Origin: a bacterium
GTDB taxonomy: Bacteria; Fidelibacterota; UBA2242
NCBI GenBank assembly: GCA_018824205.1
Contig: JAHJGX010000162.1
Coordinates: 1 to 53,312, forward strand
DNA: 53,312 nucleotides
Reading direction: 5' to 3'
The first letter of the stretch is position 1; each line of letters starts with the position of its first letter. Below the pieces are notes generated by a model. That model searched no databases and was not told the origin of the DNA. It worked only from the letters and a program-made list of their open reading frames with translations. The translations under genes and the position numbers were made by a program. Below are positions 48,431-53,312 of the stretch, one piece after another.

Positions 48431-48456
48431 GTCATATAACGTGCGAATATACGCAC
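48431..48456 (-). mobile_element. Cassette start core site / attI-like junction
   Basis: Minus strand GTGCGTATATTCGCAC-GTTATATGAC; GTTATATGAC is the exact complement of the GTCATATAAC ending the same cassette (46433-46442). Confidence 0.6.
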
Positions 48457-48815
48457 TGCGTGATTTGTCCTGTTTGGGTATGTTTTACGCATTACGTTTA
48501 TTTCTCCTATATCACCACACCGTCATAAAAAAGTCAGCAGATACAACTTTACTTTTAGAACAGAATCTTTTCACGTTGGCGGTAAACTGATTCATTTGTT
48601 TGAATAATACGAAAGGAAAAGAGTAATGGCAATCAAAAATTATAGGGATTCAGCATCTTCGGATTGATGTGCTTCTGTCTCTCGTCGCAACTCAGTGTGT
48701 TGTGACAAAAGTAACTGGTTCAGAGCGGCCATCTGTGAAATCAACGCTGATATTTCGGGGTAGGAAATCCTATCAAAAAGAGTCGCGCGCCTATCTCCGG
48801 GACAGGCGATCCATG

Positions 48816-48976
48816 AGATCAACGCTGATATTATGGGATTTATTAAAAATTGCCAGGTGAATATCGTGCCCTGTACGTCTAAACCGCAGACCAGCTGACA
48901 GCGGAAACCTGGAAAATAAATTTATCCTGATACCGTTTAAGTAAAAAAACAGAAGCACTATTTTAAAATTTCATTT
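48816..48976 (+). repeat. ~155-bp imperfect direct repeat, copy B
   Basis: AGATCAACGCTGATATT...AATTGCCAGGTGAATATCGTGCCCTGTACGTCTAAACCGCAGACCAGCTGAC...ACAGAAGCACT; short third copy TCAACGCTGATATT at 48741. Confidence 0.92.
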
Positions 48977-49101
48977 CACGGTTAAGTATAAAAACAACAA
49001 CGGAATTTTAGATGGTGAGGAAAATGTGTTTTATTTGGATTAAATATTTCACTTAACACCTTAATGAATTAATTTTACGTTAATAAACCAGCAGGGTAAC
49101 T

Positions 49102-52100
49102 ATGAAAAACATCATCAAACAATTATGGCTGGTTATCAGTCTTATTCTGGTAGCATCTTTTATTCTTTTAGTGTCAGACCGGGAGCAGCGGTTAGGCCAT
49201 GGGAAACAAAGCGCACAGTCATTCCCTTCTATCGCTATTATGCAGATATCATCGACGACTCTTTTGGATTCCCATGTCGCCGGCGTGCTGGACCGACTGG
49301 AGGAAAAGGGATACCGGGCAGCGGATGGAAAAAATATCCATCTTTTTAATCCCCAGGGAGATTATGCTACCGCTAATGCAATAGCCCGGGAAATTGTCAA
49401 CAGCCCCTATGATATTGTTATTACGTCCAGCACTACAGCCCTGCAGGTTTTTTCCAAAGTCAATATTTCGGTTCAAAAAACGCATGTCTTCGGCGCTGTA
49501 ACGGATCCCTACGGCGCAGGAGTGGGCATCAGTGGTCCTGAACCGGATCAGCATCCTCCCTATATTGCCGGAGTTGGCACTTTCCAACCGGTTAAAACTG
49601 CTATCAGTCTTGCTTATGAAATGAATCCCGGTCTCAAACGTCTAGGTGTTGTCTGGAATCCCGGAGAACAATGTTCGGAAGCCTGTCTGAATGAGGCCCG
49701 GGGAATCTGTAAGGAGCTTGGAATTGAACTTGTTGAAGCTGTTGCTGTCAATACATCGGAGGTTTCCGACGCAGCAAGGTCATTAATTGCTAAAAACGTG
49801 GATGCTATCTGGATCGGGGGAGATACCGTTGCCATGGCGTCTATCGGACTTATTATTAATCTGGCTAAACAGGCGGGCATTCCCGTGATTACCAATGATC
49901 CCATGGATGCGGAAAAGGGCGCCCTGTTCGGACTGGGTGCCGATTATCATACTGTAGGACAATATACTGCAGACATTGCCGTTGCTATTATGGAAGGGCA
50001 AAAAGCGTCGGCTTTCCGTATTGAAAATGTGATCCCGGAGCAACTGAACTTGAATCGAGAGGTCCTTACAAGCTTGAAAAACAGATGGAAGATGACTCCA
50101 TCCGTTCGGAAATTGTTAGCCAGGCAGGCAATCCAGCCGGCTGAAAAACAACTTGCACCTGAGCCGGGCAAAACGTACCGGGTTGGACTGAGTTATATCG
50201 TTCCTGCTCCTGTTTTTGAAATTGCCATCCGTGGATTTGAAGACGGACTGGAAGATCTGGGCTTTATTAATGGTGAAAATCTGGAGCTCATCACTCAGCA
50301 CGCCAATGGTGATATGTCCTTTTTGTCTCAATCTACCACAAATCTGATACAGCGGAATCCGGATATTCTCGTGGCTATGTCCACTCCCAGTCTGAGCAGC
50401 GCCATTGCCCATTCGGATGGTCTGAACATTGCTTTTGGAATTGTTTCCGCTCCTCTTGAAGCCGGTGCGGGGAAAAGCTTTGACGACCATCTGCCGCATG
50501 TGACAGGTATCGTCCAACTTATTCCCACAGAGGAACTCTTTGAATGGACCTTAAAATTCTTTCCAGAGGCAAAACGAATAGGTGCTCTATATAATCCTTC
50601 GGAAGCAAATTCTGCAAAAGAGATCGTCGATCTGAAAAAGATTCTGGACCGGATGGACTTAAAACTGGTGAAGGTGGCTGTTTATAATACCAGTGAAATA
50701 CCGGAAAATATCCGGGGACTTCTGGCAAAGAATGTAGATTTGGTTTTTTCCATGGCGGATAATACGGTTGCCAACGGGATGCCGGCCATGGTCAAAGCGT
50801 GTGAACAACAGCGGGTTCCCATCATTGCCGAGGATATTGCCCTTATGGGAACGGGGGCGATCATCTCCTGCGCTCCTGGTCCCTACAGTGATGGACGAGA
50901 CCTTGCCGAGCTGACGGCCCGTATTCTTCTCGGAGAATCTCCCGGAGATATTCCCATTGTTCCCGGAAAAAAGAATGAGTTGACTCTTGATCTTTTGGCT
51001 CTGAAAAAAGCCGGAATTATCGCACCGGTCGATCTATTAAAGCGAGCCGATGTCTTTTTTAATATCAGGTCGGAAACAAAAACTCCGGCTAAAATCGTAC
51101 TGGTCAATCTGATTGAAAATGCCTCGCTTCTTCAGGCGATAGACGGTGTGGAAACAGCGTTATTTGAAATGGGATTACGGGCAGGCAAAGATTTTACACT
51201 TAAGAAATACTGTGCTCAGGGGGATATGTCTCAGCTTTCCCAGATACTGGACAGAGTTCAAATGGATAAACCTGATGCACTCATTACGGTCACTACACCG
51301 GTTTTTATCGCAGCTGTAAAAAAGAATTTCGATTTTCCTCTGATCTTTACCGTTGCAAGCGACCCGGAAAAATTGGGACTTTTTAAAATAGGGCGTCCGA
51401 ATAATGTGTGCGGAATTCATGATGATCCGCCGGTGGACCAGGTTCTGGCAATGGCCAAAAAATATGATCCGGCCCTGGGTGCAGTGGGAATTATTTATGA
51501 TGCTTCCCAAATGAACGCTCTTATATCTGTAGAAAAACTCCGAAAAGCGGGCGTGAATCAGCATATAAATATTTTGGAAGCCACAGTGACTACCGTTTCT
51601 GACCTTCCCATGGCAACTCAATCCGTCATTCAGCGTGGTGCCCGGGCACTTATTATCTCTGCTGATAATCTTGCTACTACCGGTTTTCCCACCATTCACA
51701 AAGTTGCGCAGGGAGCCGGAATTCCCATCTATGTTACAAATATTGATTTGATCGAAAAAGGGGCCGCCGGCGGAGTTGGGGATAACTACTTTGACTGGGG
51801 ACGGCAATCCGGACAACTGGCCGTGAGAGTCCTGGCGGGAGTATCTCCTTCGGAACTGCCGATTATGTCTACACAGGAAAATATCCGGGTTGAACCTAAG
51901 ACCCGCTTAGCCTCCGTTACCAGGTCCGAACCTTTTAAATTGCGTATCGTTCTCTACAGTGAAACAGAATTTGCGGAACGATGTCGGGATGGTCTCATTG
52001 ATGGTATCAAACAAGCTGGTTACACAGAAGGGCGGGATTATCAGCTGACGACATACAACGCTCAGGGGGATATGTCCACACTGTCAAGCATCATGACCAC

Positions 52101-52830
52101 AGTCAAATCTGACCATGTGGATCTGCTTATGGTAGTGTCGACTCCAACGCTTCAGGCGGCTCTCCGTCAGGCCGGTGAACAGACAAAGATAGTCTTTACC
52201 GGAGTGGGAGACGGAGTGAAGGCAGGCGCCGGGAAAAGCGAAGCGGATCATTTGCCGAATGTTACGGGCATTAGCACGCGGTCCGCCTTTGACGGTATGG
52301 CGAGGATTATTAAAAAAACTCTCCCCGATGCTCGTCGAATAGGAACCCTTTTTACCCCGGGTGAAATTAATAGTGTCCTTTATAAAGACTGGTTCAAAGA
52401 AGCTCTGGAAAAAGAGGGTTTGGTACTTGTTGCCGTACCCGTCAGTTCTAGCGCCGATGTGGCGCAGTCTGCGATTGAACTTTGCAGTAAAAAAATCCAT
52501 GTTTTGGGTCAGGTAGTGGATAATCTGACCCGTCCGGGATTTGCTCTTATTGCCCGAAAGGCCGCGGAAAATAATTTGCCCGTCTATGTTTTCGACAGTG
52601 ATCAGATGAAATACGGCGGTGTTATCTGCCTGGCCAGAGATTATTACGATGCCGGACTGGAGGCGGCCGAAAAAGCCGTCCGGATCCTTAAAGGTGAAAA
52701 TCCAAAAGATATTCCTTTTAACAATACCCAATCCGAAAAACTTATTCTTAATCCGGAACTGGCAGAGAAGTACAAACTCCGGCTATCAAAAGAATTAATG
52801 GAAAAAGCGACGATATATACACCCAAATAG
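49102..52830 (+). CDS. Membrane-anchored protein with four tandem ABC substrate-binding (ABC_sub_bind-like) domains
   Basis: Four ~300-aa repeats, each with N(A/P)xGD, (A/S/V)xxTP-like and G(V/A/I/T)x(W/Y/F)xxxExxS segments; N-terminal TM. Confidence 0.88.
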   Translation: MKNIIKQLWLVISLILVASFILLVSDREQRLGHGKQSAQSFPSIAIMQISSTTLLDSHVAGVLDRLEEKGYRAADGKNIHLFNPQGDYATANAIAREIVNSPYDIVITSSTTALQVFSKVNISVQKTHVFGAVTDPYGAGVGISGPEPDQHPPYIAGVGTFQPVKTAISLAYEMNPGLKRLGVVWNPGEQCSEACLNEARGICKELGIELVEAVAVNTSEVSDAARSLIAKNVDAIWIGGDTVAMASIGLIINLAKQAGIPVITNDPMDAEKGALFGLGADYHTVGQYTADIAVAIMEGQKASAFRIENVIPEQLNLNREVLTSLKNRWKMTPSVRKLLARQAIQPAEKQLAPEPGKTYRVGLSYIVPAPVFEIAIRGFEDGLEDLGFINGENLELITQHANGDMSFLSQSTTNLIQRNPDILVAMSTPSLSSAIAHSDGLNIAFGIVSAPLEAGAGKSFDDHLPHVTGIVQLIPTEELFEWTLKFFPEAKRIGALYNPSEANSAKEIVDLKKILDRMDLKLVKVAVYNTSEIPENIRGLLAKNVDLVFSMADNTVANGMPAMVKACEQQRVPIIAEDIALMGTGAIISCAPGPYSDGRDLAELTARILLGESPGDIPIVPGKKNELTLDLLALKKAGIIAPVDLLKRADVFFNIRSETKTPAKIVLVNLIENASLLQAIDGVETALFEMGLRAGKDFTLKKYCAQGDMSQLSQILDRVQMDKPDALITVTTPVFIAAVKKNFDFPLIFTVASDPEKLGLFKIGRPNNVCGIHDDPPVDQVLAMAKKYDPALGAVGIIYDASQMNALISVEKLRKAGVNQHINILEATVTTVSDLPMATQSVIQRGARALIISADNLATTGFPTIHKVAQGAGIPIYVTNIDLIEKGAAGGVGDNYFDWGRQSGQLAVRVLAGVSPSELPIMSTQENIRVEPKTRLASVTRSEPFKLRIVLYSETEFAERCRDGLIDGIKQAGYTEGRDYQLTTYNAQGDMSTLSSIMTTVKSDHVDLLMVVSTPTLQAALRQAGEQTKIVFTGVGDGVKAGAGKSEADHLPNVTGISTRSAFDGMARIIKKTLPDARRIGTLFTPGEINSVLYKDWFKEALEKEGLVLVAVPVSSSADVAQSAIELCSKKIHVLGQVVDNLTRPGFALIARKAAENNLPVYVFDSDQMKYGGVICLARDYYDAGLEAAEKAVRILKGENPKDIPFNNTQSEKLILNPELAEKYKLRLSKELMEKATIYTPK

Positions 52831-52844
52831 TAACAGGATACACC

Positions 52845-53312
52845 ATGAAAATTGAACATGAACAACGAGGAAAATATCTGCTTATACGGGCAATAGGACG
52901 GCTGGATGCTGCCTGGGCGGATTACTTTACCGATGAACTTTTTCTACATATCCGGAGGGGTCAGCATCATGTAATCATTGATGCTTCCGGGATGGTTTTT
53001 CTGAGTTCCGCTGGGATTCGGGCACTGCTGCGCGTGTTCAAGGAACTCAATACCGTTCACGGCAGTTTTCTGATTGTCAATGCCACGGATTTTGTGGAGC
53101 AGACCCTGATAACCACCCGATTTGAGATGTGGTTGGGTGAAGAATTCCCGGCGGATATGCCGGCCGTTTCTTCCGGAAATGAAATGGAAAATAGCGGAAT
53201 AGAACGTTTTACTCTGAACGAAAAAGCCATATTAACGTTTTCTGAAAAGGCGAGCTGGCAACCCTGGCAGACGGTCGATCAAAGCCTGGTGAAAACTGTT
53301 AGCTTTCCGAAG
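52845..53312 (+). CDS. STAS (anti-sigma antagonist) domain protein, runs off the window end
   Basis: My translation: MKIEHEQRGKYLLIRAIGRLDAAWAD...IIDASGMVFLSSAGIRALL; open to the end; AGGA RBS. Confidence 0.88.
   Translation, partial: MKIEHEQRGKYLLIRAIGRLDAAWADYFTDELFLHIRRGQHHVIIDASGMVFLSSAGIRALLRVFKELNTVHGSFLIVNATDFVEQTLITTRFEMWLGEEFPADMPAVSSGNEMENSGIERFTLNEKAILTFSEKASWQPWQTVDQSLVKTVSFPK

Noticed and set aside
48460-48860. Integron integrase remnant; ORFs 48640..48822 and 48669..48860
   Set aside because: No tyrosine recombinase motifs recognised; the short ORFs overlap repeat sequence.
1-53312. Many 60-245 aa antisense or out-of-frame ORFs (e.g. 26029..26766, 51175..51816, 52084..52731); tRNA/rRNA; reverse transcriptase/DGR
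   Set aside because: The shadow ORFs lie opposite well-supported genes and show no motifs; no RNA gene or RT signature was recognised by eye.

Overview
53-kb bacterial window, no rRNA/tRNA/CRISPR recognised; host unidentified, no photosynthesis genes seen. Left to right: the 3' end of an IS630-type element interrupting the first of three pilin/pseudopilin-like genes; a ~14-kb signalling island with stand-alone cheR and cheB, a cytoplasmic PAS-PAS histidine kinase carrying an EE-rich coiled coil, an Rcp1-like regulator, a complete kaiA3-kaiB-kaiC3-like clock cluster and further PAS/REC/Hpt proteins; a five-gene minus-strand operon (lysine 2,3-aminomutase-like radical SAM, two ATP-grasp ligases, GNAT-deacetylase fusion, GNAT); EamA, GGDEF, a MacAB-like exporter with a frameshifted permease, pepE, an RloA/RloB-like pair and assorted enzymes/transporters; an AT-rich integrase-less array of two integron-like cassettes (DNA-repair trio; type II R-M) between ~155-bp direct repeats; and a four-domain ABC substrate-binding protein followed by a STAS protein. 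Best candidate for an undescribed system: a CheR/CheB methylation module with no chemoreceptor, placed directly upstream of a KaiA3B3C3-type oscillator. Second: the aminomutase/double ATP-grasp operon. All family calls come from motif recognition by eye; no searches were run.
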